Positions 11,748 through 23,331 of a stretch of 64,000 bases of DNA are shown here, piece after piece; within the stretch, counting starts at the first letter, position 1, and the number at the start of each line of letters is the position of its first letter. A program made the position numbers and the translations under genes. Below the pieces are notes generated by a model. It did no database searches. It saw nothing but the letters and a program-made list of their open reading frames with translations, and was not told where the DNA came from. Source of the DNA: Babesia bigemina. Taxonomy: Eukaryota. The stretch covers positions 1,612,001 to 1,676,000 of the forward strand of contig NC_027216.1 in NCBI RefSeq assembly GCF_000981445.1, given 5' to 3'.

Positions 11748-11920
11748 CCGTCGGGCAGCGAGGTCACAGCTCTTCCCTCACACAGATGTGGCGTATACAC
11801 GAACACGCCCTATGGCTGTGAGAGGTGACGGCCGTCCGTACACCCAAACGCGCCTGCTTCAAACACAGCCGACCATATATCGCTTACTATAATGTCGTTA
11901 TCGGTATTTGCATCGTGAAT

Positions 11921-11928
11921 AAACCCTA
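11921..11928 (+). promoter_or_regulatory. AAACCCTA telo-box-like motif about 100 bp upstream of TRM6
   Basis: Exact AAACCCTAAA. Telo-boxes are associated with translation-related genes in other eukaryotes, but a single occurrence may be chance. Confidence 0.3.
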
Positions 11929-12025
11929 AACGACGTTGCCGTTCGACGCGTGTCTACTGTGTTATGTGGCTACACATCCACGTCGCTTGGCGCTCAGAAG
12001 AGACTCGCTTTCAATGTGACCCAAA

Positions 12026-13994
12026 ATGAAGTCAGAGTTTTGTCACGACCTGTCTAAGCCCCTAGCGGCGAACGACACTGTCATCCTCATGATCCACAAT
12101 AAGGGCGGTTTCACCGCCAGAATAGAACCTGGGAAGTAAGTTGAACGGTCAAATAAGTAAACTGTTACTGCCACACCTTGCGGTCTTGGAGAGGTCATAA
12201 GTACCGCTTGGATTCCATTCCGTGGCGCTCGGCGCAACGACTTCTCTTAGTCACAAACATGACGCTGTCGCAGGACCATTAAAATCTGCAAGGACACCTT
12301 CCCACTCGATATGCTGATAGGATGCTCCTACGGCGACATTTTCACCAAGGAGACTGGCTGCTGGAGCAAGATCCGCCGCAACGATCCGCAGTACATGCAG
12401 TATCGCCACCGCGTCCGAGAGGACTACAACGAGGACCAGCCGGAGTCGGTCACCAACAACCGCGACATCAATGACGACAATACCGCCCAGAAGCTGACCT
12501 ACGACCAGATCCAGCAGCTCAAAAAAGGTAGGCTTACGTGGCCGCAGTCCAATCCCCGCCAGACAAAACGTCGCACGAGGTCATCGAGACGATTGTGGAC
12601 AACTCCGAGACGTTTGCGAAGAAAAACCGAATGGCGCAGGAAAAGTACATACAGCGCAAGGAGGCACGTCACACGAAGCTGTTTTACGTCAGGCCGTGCG
12701 ACCTGTACAACGTCTGCGACTGCTACTTCAACTCCTTCCCGCACAAAATAGGGTGGGTTTAAGCCTTATACGCACCATTCACGACGTAGGTTCCTCAACT
12801 TCGCGAACCTGGGCATGATGCTGTACCTGGCCGACATACGGTACGGGCACAAGGTCATGGTGCTCGACCACGCACTTGGACTCATCACCGGGGCAATATC
12901 GCAGAGGCTGGCTGGTAGGTTACAGATTGCGGTGGATACGCACCATACATGACAACGTATCAACAGTTATTCGTTTTCCATTTATGATGCTCTCACGAGT
13001 TTCATCTAAATCGCCCTAATTTGCCACGTATCGTAGCACTGCATTTTATGAATTGATGTTATAAATTCCGTCATACCCACCCACATCAATCGTATGTCCC
13101 GTTAACAGACGACTCTAGGTTCTGGAAAAATATATCGCCTGGTTTCTAAGGGTGTCAGCGACAAGATCGTTCACGAGCTCGGTATCAAGTACTTCGATAA
13201 CATATTCTCTATCGACATGGATCGATACATCGACAGCGGCGACGCTGTTGAGCTGGATGAAACGGCGGGCGGCGCACATGGTACCGCTGGTGCTGACGCC
13301 GTCATGGCTTCGCGTCCCGATACGAAAATGGCGGACGAAACCGAAGGCACATGCCCGCCGAGCGTGCAGGAAGTCTCGGAAAACGGTGAATCTGTTCCGA
13401 AGGACAACGGTGACGAGGTCATTTCGTGCGATGCCCAGGACGGATCTCAGTTGGAGGGCTCCGGGAAACGGACCTGTGTCGCTGAATACAACTCAGACGA
13501 CACCTTACGCGGTATGCACGCATCAATATGTGTTAATCTCGCGTCAGATCCGAAAAAGAAGAGGGTGACGCTGCCTGGGATATACCCACTCCACAACCCG
13601 TCAAGAGACGAGGTCAGCGGCTGCCAGGTCATCATCGGCAACATCGCGTTCAACAAGTGCGACAAGCTGAACAGGGTCGTCGCCGAGTACACCCGAAAGA
13701 TGAAGGCGGCTGCCGACATGTACCTAGAGATGGGGGGTCGGCTGGTCGTCTTCGGCCAGCAGTACCAGCCAATGGCCGAGTTGCAGGCGAGCCTTACGCT
13801 GAGTGACGAATATGTCAACGTAAAGTTCGACGAAATGTTCATTCGGCAGTACCAGGTGCGTTCGCGCCCTCAAACGTTAATTGGTTCCGCAGATGCTGCC
13901 GCTGAGGACGCGGCCGCTAATGACGCCGGACGTCCGCCCGTGCTGCGGGTTCATCGTCTCCGCAATCAAGAGCTCGAAGGACGTGATTCGCTGA
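12026..13994 (+). CDS. TRM6: tRNA (adenine-58-N1)-methyltransferase non-catalytic subunit, multi-exon
   Basis: NNRDINDDNTAQKLTYDQIQQLKK, IVDNSETFAKKNRMAQEKYIQRK and spliced C-terminal RQYQ/MLPLRTRPLM...GFIVSAIK match Gcd10/TRM6. ATG 12026, stop 13992-13994. Confidence 0.88.
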
Positions 13995-14053
13995 GTTAAC
14001 ACGCAGCAAACATAAAATTATAATGTTCCGACGGTACTATATGTGCAGTTCAC

Positions 14054-15407
14054 CTAGCTCATGGCGACATGCGCGAAGAACAGGTAGTATATCAGCGTTG
14101 GGTAGACGACCAGGTATTTCCGGCTTCCCATGTTCAGCTCCTGCAAGCACGTTACGTGCAACGGCACGCAAACCAACCTGAGTGAAGAGGCGCGAGGCGG
14201 TGGAGGTGCTCCACGCGACGCAGAGGTAGACGAGGATCACGGCAACGGGCTTGGCAAAGCGCGAAAAGATCCAGATGATCGGCGCGAGGCAGATGGGGAG
14301 CAACGAGTAGCCCAGAATGATCGCCGTCTTCGCCATGTCGACGTAAACGTCTTGGCTGAGCATGTTGAAAAGCAGGTACATGCTCCCCGTCCCGAGCACC
14401 TCGATGGCGTACACGAGGCTGAAGTTCAGGTTGCAGGAGACCAGCATCGACAAGCCGAACAACAGCAGGATCATCAGCGGCCCCGTGAAGTCGCCGTACT
14501 GCAGTTCCCCGTTTCCGCAGCTGCCATCAATATAAGCGGCCCGGGCGACACCCACCTCTTAAACAACAGGACGCAGTTGATGTGCCTCATAATGTCCTCC
14601 AGATCGATTCCTAGCTCCTCTAGCAGCGGCGGATCTTCTACTTCGTCACTTTCTTGCGCATTGGCCATGTAGAACTCATTGAGTTGTTTCATGTGCTCCG
14701 TAAGGTTGCCCTGCCAGCCAAAGAGTTGCCCAGTCGGGAACTGGGGCGCGTATTGCGCCGTGCCACCTTTGGCATCCATCTGGCCTGATACCTCCGGACT
14801 CACTCCCGAGTCAGCCGGTTCTGTTACATCGTGTCGACTAGGCATTGTGGACTCACCCAGTTTGCTCCACGGCGGTTGCACTGACGCGCTGTGATGCTGG
14901 TTGGGCACCGACGCTGCAAAAAAGGGTTGCACCTTGGAATCGCTGCCAGTGCTGCCCATGGACCCCGTCGAGTTAGGCTGCGCGCCGCCATCATCCGAAT
15001 CTCGGATGGAGTAATGCTCGACGTCGCCGTTGAGGTAACCGTAGATATCACGCTGCCTCTGCGCAGCCTCCGCTTTCTCCGACTGGTCGAAAATGTTCAG
15101 GCTCGGTAGCTGATGCGGCACACTTTGCGATAATGTATGGCGGGGGTGTTGCTCCTGCGGCGCCGCAACGGTCGACGAGCTGGAACTGTACGATGCATGG
15201 GCCGGCGGTCCTTGCGTGCTTCCGAACGCCGGCGGTGGAGCATTTTTGCCGAACGTCATGGGTTTCACCGGCTTGTGCAGCTTGTCGTAGTCGTTACCTT
15301 TGGTAAATGTGACGCACGTGCCGCCATGACTCACTTTGCGTAGACGGCTCTTCAATCGGCCGGCTATGGGTGGGATGCATACGTCGATTTCTCATATGGC
15401 CCTCCAT
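14054..15407 (-). CDS. YIP1: Yip1-family ER/Golgi membrane protein (YIPF5-like), multi-exon
   Basis: EDPPLLEELGID, GDFTGPL and ILGYSLLP motifs with several TM helices. Short first exon MEGHMRNR at 15407; spliced last exon YLVVYPTLIYYLFF...* ends at 14054. Confidence 0.88.
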
Positions 15408-16768
15408 TTTGTCTAGATTTGTTAGTTAAATATTAGAAAACCATTTTCTGTGCGAATGTGTGCCGCACATCCTCCTCACCAACCACGGCCGGTTGTGGGT
15501 CCAGGACACGAAATTCGGGTTGTGTCTAATGCTCTATAATGTGTGTCACTTATTAAGGAACCAAAAGTACCCTATTTTGCGGTTCCGTTTTGCCATATAT
15601 TCTGCCAAGCGTATATTGTACACTGTACGCCGGTATTCAAAGACAGTTTCAGGACTACAGTTAACTTATTTGGCATTGTGCGACACAACTACGTCGCTCA
15701 ATAAGGTTACATCACATTTGGGAGTGATGTGTGCCATGGACATCGTGGATTGAAGTAATCCATATGGCAATGGCATGATCGCTCAAAAAAGCGTTGCGTG
15801 ATTTTGGCACTCATCAAATCTGATACCGTGTATAGCGCTACATACGACACACAAAAGTTGTTGTGTTCTGAGATACAACGTGCTTCCGCTACATCCGTAA
15901 TCAACAATCAGCGTACCACTATGAGTTTACCTAACTTTCCAATATTCAACTGAACTTTTAATGTACGGACGGATCAGCGCACCTTTGTTAACCTATACTG
16001 CACCAACATTTTCCGCAAAAAATATACCCAGGACACGATTGCATGTCTTACAATCGTGCAATCGTACAATGGCGAAAAGGAATGGGATTGCATATTTTCT
16101 GTGTACATCATAGCGGAAGCAACTGACAATGCTACAATTGCCATTAGACGCTGCATGACATGCATGTATCGTCCTGTATAGATACGGGTCGCATGGCTCC
16201 ACGTTACGTGATGTCCGCTGGCGTTCAGCGCCATGTTAGTTGGGGAACGTAACCGACGTGGATGCCGAGTGATAGTTATTACGACGCCCATACAACATCG
16301 CATATAGTAATTCGATGTGTCACAAGCGATTATAGAGGTTGCCGCCCTGTCTCGCGTCTACAGAGCTAAAGGCGGCCCGCTCTGTCGTAGCATTGTTCCC
16401 GTAGGCCGACTGGAAATGAGGGTCACGGTCGTTGTATCGCTCACTATTGCATACTTGGCATGCGAATGAAGTACGGAATTAAGGTGTGGGTTGCATGAAA
16501 GTTTTTGCGTGAAAATATAGCCGCAACGTATTAAGACGTTCTGATTAACCTGCTGTTGCACAGAAATCACGCGGTAATCCATCAATATGCATAATTGCAG
16601 GCATACATACCATTCAACCGTCACCTAGAATGCATAAACCCTTTGTTAAAACAAAGAGGGTTGGAGGCATCTGGGTCATTCGGAAGAGACTCCGATGTCA
16701 TGCTTAGGAGGTGGACCTCCAGACTCACTGTTACGTAAAACCACAACGAATGCACAACATCGACGTGA

Positions 16769-17638
16769 TTAATGCCTGGAAAATTTTTTGTAAAACCTCT
16801 TGGTAGAAAACCCTTCAGGTATCCCAAGCCGGTGGGTCGGCTCAGATATTTGTACCCTTTTAATGAACGACGTCAACTGCCCTTCTGGCGGGACCGCAGA
16901 ATGCTCGGAGTAGAGCTTGACGAGGCTTAATGGCGGTGATCCGTCGTATGCCTTGCGAACTTCAAGAACATCACTGAGCACGAATTGTGAACACGCTTCC
17001 TTTTGCTGTTAGTCAAGAGTCACGCATTTGATCATGGTTGTTGATCACACCCAGATAACAGAGTTTCATCCACACGTTACCAAGCTCAATTCATTTGCAA
17101 TTTCGCGATAGTGTTGCACACAGCGCGCCGGGGTGTAGATATGCATGCTTACCGCCTTGCGTTGTAGACGTCGTAAATGTTGAACTTCTTCAACCTTGTG
17201 CTGCCACCATTACGCCAGTGGTGAATGACAAGTAGCAGCGTTCTCAGGGCGTCATTGTCCTGAACGGATGTCTATCATGAAGATGTGGTATACCTTTAGG
17301 TTCTTCGACTGGAGGAAAACCTTGAGGAGAGCGTCGAATCTTACAAGGTACAAATTCCACCGCTCATTATATTCATCGCAGAGACTGCTCGAAAGTATCC
17401 TTATGGAGTTGACGGTGTCATCCGGCAGCGCATATTCCTGGAACACGCCCTCATTGTTGATCAACTGCGTCAGCTGTTGTTACGGGATAATTCGAAATAC
17501 CTTATCACCTATCGAATCCAGGACCTTTAATAGAGTGGCGTCGTTTACTTCTTCTTCGTTCGCGGCCAGATTGTGCTTCCTCAGCAGGTGTACTACACCA
17601 CGGTCGCATAAGGGGTCCTGCGCCTCTTGCGTGGCCAT
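16769..17638 (-). CDS. Multi-exon FAM98 (DUF2465)-like protein
   Basis: Exons join in frame: MATQEAQDP...DSIGDK / LINNEG...LCDEYNERWNLYLVRFDALLKVFLQSKNLK / DNDALR...NIYDVYNAR / ...FIKRVQISEPTHRLGIPE...*. The gene is well supported; the family call is by remembered motif resemblance. Confidence 0.55.
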
Positions 17639-18358
17639 ACACCAAACCTACATTGGAAAACTGTTTAGAGCAAATCGACGAGATGTAGGAGCGTCTTTCC
17701 TCTACACGACGACTAATTAATTCATTCAGTAGCACCTCTGATGCAATCTATTTCAGTACGCTTTACAAATTACCGATTAGTGCCTCCTTGTTATCCCACA
17801 AATCTGTGCAGTCTGCGAAGATATAACATCCTTTATTGATTAAACAAACCCAATTCTGTCAGCAGTTGTTTTATATCATCAGCAGAGGCTGTTTTCGACC
17901 CGTCACTTTGAATCGCGCCATCAGCTGTTCCTGCCAGCAGCCCTATTTCCTGGCAAACATAACATGCAAAATGGAGAATGTTGTCTTCTCCGCACAACAG
18001 TCCGTACTGCAGTTCGAAGTCACATACGTTTCGGATGTCTCTACAGGGCAGCGTAAATCATGCGGTCAGAAGCTAACGTGACGTCGATTGGAAATATCCT
18101 ACCTGTGATTGTACGTCTTGTAAAGCAGTCTAATCAAGCGAAGGCTATGTTTGATGCAGTTACTCATCGCGATGTGTCAGCTGCCATGCCTCGTAGTGTG
18201 ATACGGTGGCACTGCGGTCCGTTTTGTGGCGATGTACCGTCAGAAGGAGTTAGTGCCCCGAATTGTCAGGAAAGTTACAATTGTAAAACAATTCAACTCT
18301 TTAAATGTTGGCCATTAATTTTTTCCTGTTTTTCTTAATATTTATTACACGATTCACC

Positions 18359-19517
18359 ATGGCGCGGCGGATTTTGGTGTTCGACATGGACGGCACGCTG
18401 ACTCTGCCTGTTCAGGTGTGTGAACGACTTTGGAAATACGCGATTATGTCCGGAATGAACTCACTGATTTCAGCCGATCACGGAAGACATGAAGGAAGTC
18501 TTGCTCAGGTGCAAGAACCGTGGTTATGATATCGCTGTTGCGTCAGGATCGAATTACATCAGCATCCGCAAGCAGATAGGGAAGGATTGTGAGTTTAAGG
18601 CTGTGCTGATCTATAATGTGTTTGCAGTTGTGAACGATTTTAATTTCATTTTCTCGGAGAATGGCACTCAAGTTCACCAGCGTGGAGAGCTGGTGCACTC
18701 CTTAGTACGTGCTTCGTTTGCCGATTAATCACACTTCCCAGGATATCCGGGACGTTTTACCAGAGAAAGTTCTTAAGGAGTTGGTGGAGTTTAGCCTTAT
18801 ATATATAGCGAAGCTCGACATACCCGTGAAGAGGTATGTTTAGATACGTGCGAAATGGTAGCGTTTGGGAGTTGCACCTCAATTCGCCTAAATATATCCT
18901 ACCCATGTGATACTATCGTGATGTGGCATTACCATATAGTGTACTTGATTGATAGAATGAAAGCCTTTTCGTCATGCATAACGAGTTGTTCAGGGGAACC
19001 TTCATTGAGTTCCGGAAAAGCTTGATAAACCTCTGCCCTGTCGGCCGCAACTGTTCGAACCAAGAAAGGCAGGAGTTTGCAGCCCTGGATAAGGAGAGAG
19101 ATATACGTGGCCAATTTATTGAGGAGCTTAAAAAAAGATTCGGTTCAGGGGATCTTGCGCTGAGATTTGTTGCTGGGGGGCAAATTTCGATTGACGTGTT
19201 TCCAAAGGTAGGTTGCTTTCTGCTAACACAACGTGGTTATATTGCACATATGCAATCGTATTTTATGCAAAAAGCGTCAACTTCTTGCTATATTTCGTGC
19301 AGCCGTGGACCAAAGCGTTATGCATATCGCACCTGAAAGACTATGAAGAAATTCATTTCTTCGGTGACAACACTCACGAGGTATTTTGTCATCTGATTGC
19401 TTATATGTTTTGCAGGGTGGAAACGATTATGAAATCTGCAATCACCCTGATGTCATCGGTCATACAGTGAAGAACTACAAAGATCTCATAGCTCAACTCA
19501 ACGACATGATTGGTTAA
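18359..19517 (+). CDS. PMM: Phosphomannomutase (HAD-IIB), 7 exons
   Basis: FDMDGTLT, VASGS, FSENG, RGTFIEFR, CPVGRNCS, GGQISIDVFP and HFFGD...GGNDYEI motifs assembled across GT-AG introns. Confidence 0.95.
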
Positions 19518-19886
19518 GGGAATGACAGTTGCGCTGAAAATTCGTGCATGGATAAGTTGTGCTACTCATTACATGTGATCCGAAGCGTGATGCATTCTTG
19601 AGATAGAGAAGCATGTGAAATTCATTAATCGTAACGCAAAACATTGACATGATTTATTCCTCTACATGGACTTATTACTATATTTAATCACAACACGAGC
19701 AACTTATGTGTTTTTTTAGCGCATTTGTATGTCAATGGTCAGAACGTTCCACATTTTCATCGTATATCTTCAGCAAAACTGCCTGAACGAAAACGTGGCA
19801 TATCGTGCCTATCTAATGCTAATCTGCTACTCCTTAAAACAAATGTAGAAGCAGGCCGTATGTTCTACACTTTACGAATTTTAATT

Positions 19887-20419
19887 GGCCAATCCACATG
19901 ACGTCTGCGCGCGATGCGCGCACGGTTGTGTCTTGGCCTGAATGTTGTGGTTGTTGGTCATAGATATTTGGGCGTATTGAACGCGTGATGTTTAGCGGCG
20001 GCGATCGAAAATCTCGCAGCAGTGCTCCCACCATTCATACAAAACTAGGGGCGGTGTCGTACATAGCGACAACTGCGGCGTAAATGCGTCATCATTAAGC
20101 GTACTGACTGGTCAGTATACATGGCCGTAGTCTACGCATGACGCGGAGGAACAGAACTACCTAATTCACGCAATTTCAACTTTAAAACGCGTGAAATAAA
20201 ACACATTAAGCCAACGCATTAGCGGCAACGCATTACCTCGAGGTGGCATAAATTACAGGTGGACACGTTTACATAAACTAGTGTCAACATTGATAAGAAC
20301 GTTCAAAATGCGAAAACACGCCTAATAATGTACACAAAATGTATACGCCGTCCTGACGAGGAATCATCAACTCAACCTGGAATTAGACACGGTAAAGAAG
20401 TTCAGTGTGTGGCACACAT
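19887..20419. repeat. 533-bp direct repeat, copy 1
   Basis: ggccaatccacatg...gtgtggcacacat is repeated at offset +606; no mismatch seen by eye. Confidence 0.95.
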
Positions 20420-20492
20420 CTGCGGTGTAGAGAGCGGTGCGCTAAGGTATTCTAAGAGCACTTAACTCGAGCATCAATAGATGCGCAATTTC

Positions 20493-21025
20493 GGCCAATC
20501 CACATGACGTCTGCGCGCGATGCGCGCACGGTTGTGTCTTGGCCTGAATGTTGTGGTTGTTGGTCATAGATATTTGGGCGTATTGAACGCGTGATGTTTA
20601 GCGGCGGCGATCGAAAATCTCGCAGCAGTGCTCCCACCATTCATACAAAACTAGGGGCGGTGTCGTACATAGCGACAACTGCGGCGTAAATGCGTCATCA
20701 TTAAGCGTACTGACTGGTCAGTATACATGGCCGTAGTCTACGCATGACGCGGAGGAACAGAACTACCTAATTCACGCAATTTCAACTTTAAAACGCGTGA
20801 AATAAAACACATTAAGCCAACGCATTAGCGGCAACGCATTACCTCGAGGTGGCATAAATTACAGGTGGACACGTTTACATAAACTAGTGTCAACATTGAT
20901 AAGAACGTTCAAAATGCGAAAACACGCCTAATAATGTACACAAAATGTATACGCCGTCCTGACGAGGAATCATCAACTCAACCTGGAATTAGACACGGTA
21001 AAGAAGTTCAGTGTGTGGCACACAT
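20493..21025. repeat. 533-bp direct repeat, copy 2
   Basis: Matches 19887-20419; separated from it by a 73-bp unique spacer (20420-20492). Confidence 0.95.
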
Positions 21026-21465
21026 TCGCCCTCGAGGGGAATGATTTCACCCAGTTGTACGCATTGCTTATGATATGGTACACGTACGGCAGTGTGAAAG
21101 ATTTAATAATGTATCCTTATATATATATCAGGATTCCTTAGAAGGTGTGAGAAACTAGATTCTTGCCTGATACTGCCAATTAGGATTAACAATATGATTA
21201 AACATTACACATAAAGTAGCGTATTTGGCTGCGTTAGCTGGTGAGGAGTTACATTTGTTTTGCTGCATGTGTCTAGGAATACCCTTCCACGGCTTGTAGA
21301 GTAACCTCACACAACGGGTATACACAAGCCCGAACTACTGCAAATTGTCACACGTTAATTTCTAGTGGAAAGTGGATTATGTAATGTAGTAGGCGTTATC
21401 AATGAACATAAAGTTCGGCGGAAACGTTGGAAAGCCACGTACGTCGTCTAATGAGATCGTGCGAT

Positions 21466-21712
21466 TGCACGCAATTATATCACACATAGCCAGAATACGG
21501 CGTATATTAACCGAATGGCTCGCCGGCTCGTAGATTTGGTTGGCGTATGCTGTCTACACATGATATTGCACTTCTGTGCATCAACCGGTCGTGAAACAGG
21601 TGCATAATGTGCAACCTAGGCTGGGAGACCACCATTCGCCAGACGCTTCGTCAAAGGTGCTGATTGAATTCATACACAAGTTTGCTGTGCTTTATTTATA
21701 GCTGTGCTATAT
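21466..21712 (+). promoter_or_regulatory. Putative rap-1c promoter: GTGCA cluster and TATAGC-tgt-GCTATA palindrome
   Basis: TGCAC at 21466 and 21567; GTGCA at 21576, 21600 and 21609; inverted repeat TATAGCtgtGCTATA at 21697-21711, about 90 bp before the ATG. Confidence 0.55.
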
Positions 21713-21798
21713 TGAGTTGTATGTGTCTACACCCTCGACTAACCCACTAGGGCCTGTCTAGGCATCGCAAAGTTGTTGTTAAGACACACATTGGAAAA

Positions 21799-23331
21799 AT
21801 GATTCACTACGCGTGCCTCATTATCGCACTTTGCGCCTTGTCGCTGCGCTCCGTAGCCGCAGTGCGCTATGGCCAGCATGCCATGATCATGGCCCCTGAC
21901 CACACTGTCCAGCCTGCGGTTGATCCCGTCGACGAGGACACCAAGCAGCTTCTCGAAGACAGCGAACAGATTGAGAAGGCCATGCAGGAGGAAATCGGAC
22001 TGATCAGCGATGAATCCATTGCCGAAATGTGCCTCGGCAGCAAGGACGAGCACCATTGCGCATCGCAAATCGCTGCCTACGTTGCGCGTTGCAAGGAGGG
22101 CAACTGCCTCACCATCGATGCCGTGGGAAAAACGCAAAACAAGGCCCACGAGCAGCTCGTCCTGCCTGACCCCTACCAGCTTCATGCCGCATTCCTGTTG
22201 TTCAAGAACTGCCGGCGCAACGAGAGCAGGCACTGGATGAACAGGTTCTGGATGCGTTTCAAGAGGGGAGGGCGTTACGCTGCTTACTACAGCTTCAGCC
22301 TCAACCTGTTGAGGCGCAACCTGTTCCTCGGCGACGACGAAAATGCGCTGCATGGCTTCGTGCAGAAGTACTTCTACATGACCGCCATATACTACAAGAC
22401 ATACTTGTCGCTGGATGCCATCAACGCCAAAATCTTTAACAAAATAGCCTTGGCGAAGCACATTCTGGGACCTAAGATCAAAAGGGCGTTGAGGAAGATC
22501 GTCGAGGCCAACAAGCCGAGCGCGCTCCAAGCGAACGATGTCAAAGCCATACGCCCGCTAGCCTACGGTTACAGGCAGTACATGGCCAGCCAAATCCCAT
22601 CGCTTCCGTTCTTCGCCTACCGTTTCTCCTCGATGGTCGTCACGACTCTCGTGGACAACCTCACCGGCGTTAAGCAGCAGCCGTGGTACAAGCGTTGGTT
22701 TGGAAAGGTGAAGAACCTCTTCACCGGTAAGCAACCCAGCGAAAAGGCCTACGAAATTGACGAACCTATCGCCACCGAGGAGGAGACCGAGCCCGTCGAG
22801 GAAAATAAGTCAGTTTTTGGTAAGGTCAAGGAAAAACTTGGCAACATCCGCTTCAACACGGGCATTTTCCGAAAGAGTGAGCCAAAGACTCGTAACTCAC
22901 ACCTTTCCGAAGAGGACATTGTGGGCAGCTTGTCGTCGGCTGATGCGCTGCTTGAGCCGGTGCTCGATGTCATGGAGAAAGAGGGCGAAGCTCAAAACCA
23001 GGAGGCAGGTGAACCCGAAGTGACCGCGGCTCCCAAGGCGCCTGAGAGTGAAAATGGCGAACTCGCAGACCAAGCAGATGGTGCTTCAACCGTGGCCTCA
23101 ACGGAAATGGGCGAAGAGGAGTCTCTGGAAGCTCCTAAAAGCACACAGGATGTGATGCACGAAGATGAGGAGCAGGAACTCGAATCTGACGAGTTACCCG
23201 CCAAGAGGAAGCGTAAAGCTTCAAGCGCAGGCTACAAAAAGTTCTTCAAGAACATGTTGGACACCGGTGCAATTAAGGACGCCGCTAGCCACATCAAGTT
23301 CCCGAAGAGGTACTTCAAACGATCGTCATAA
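21799..23331 (+). CDS. rap-1c: Rhoptry-associated protein 1c
   Basis: 510 aa; signal peptide, four conserved Cys, LPDPYQLHAAFLLFK, RFWMRF and YYKTYL RAP-1 motifs, acidic C-terminal region. N-terminus MIHYACLIIALCAL recognised as the rap-1c type. Confidence 0.93.
   Translation: MIHYACLIIALCALSLRSVAAVRYGQHAMIMAPDHTVQPAVDPVDEDTKQLLEDSEQIEKAMQEEIGLISDESIAEMCLGSKDEHHCASQIAAYVARCKEGNCLTIDAVGKTQNKAHEQLVLPDPYQLHAAFLLFKNCRRNESRHWMNRFWMRFKRGGRYAAYYSFSLNLLRRNLFLGDDENALHGFVQKYFYMTAIYYKTYLSLDAINAKIFNKIALAKHILGPKIKRALRKIVEANKPSALQANDVKAIRPLAYGYRQYMASQIPSLPFFAYRFSSMVVTTLVDNLTGVKQQPWYKRWFGKVKNLFTGKQPSEKAYEIDEPIATEEETEPVEENKSVFGKVKEKLGNIRFNTGIFRKSEPKTRNSHLSEEDIVGSLSSADALLEPVLDVMEKEGEAQNQEAGEPEVTAAPKAPESENGELADQADGASTVASTEMGEEESLEAPKSTQDVMHEDEEQELESDELPAKRKRKASSAGYKKFFKNMLDTGAIKDAASHIKFPKRYFKRSS

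Noticed and set aside
15460..16760. Several 66-109-aa ORFs between Yip1 and the FAM98-like gene (also 52739-53618 and 58781-59219)
   Set aside because: No motifs, codon bias or consistent splice model found; treated as intergenic, though small genes cannot be excluded.
19834..20640. Duplicated 62-66-aa ORFs MVGALLRDF...
   Set aside because: By-product of the 533-bp DNA repeat; they end at different points outside it and show no coding signal.
19887..21025. Direct repeats as LTRs or a CRISPR-like repeat-spacer unit
   Set aside because: No TG...CA termini, target-site duplication or RT/integrase seen; only two long copies in a eukaryote; the rap-1 array context explains them better.
23200..23331. 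Basic KRKRK cluster at the RAP-1c C-terminus as a nuclear localisation signal
   Set aside because: Secreted rhoptry protein of a parasite of anucleate erythrocytes; no supporting evidence.
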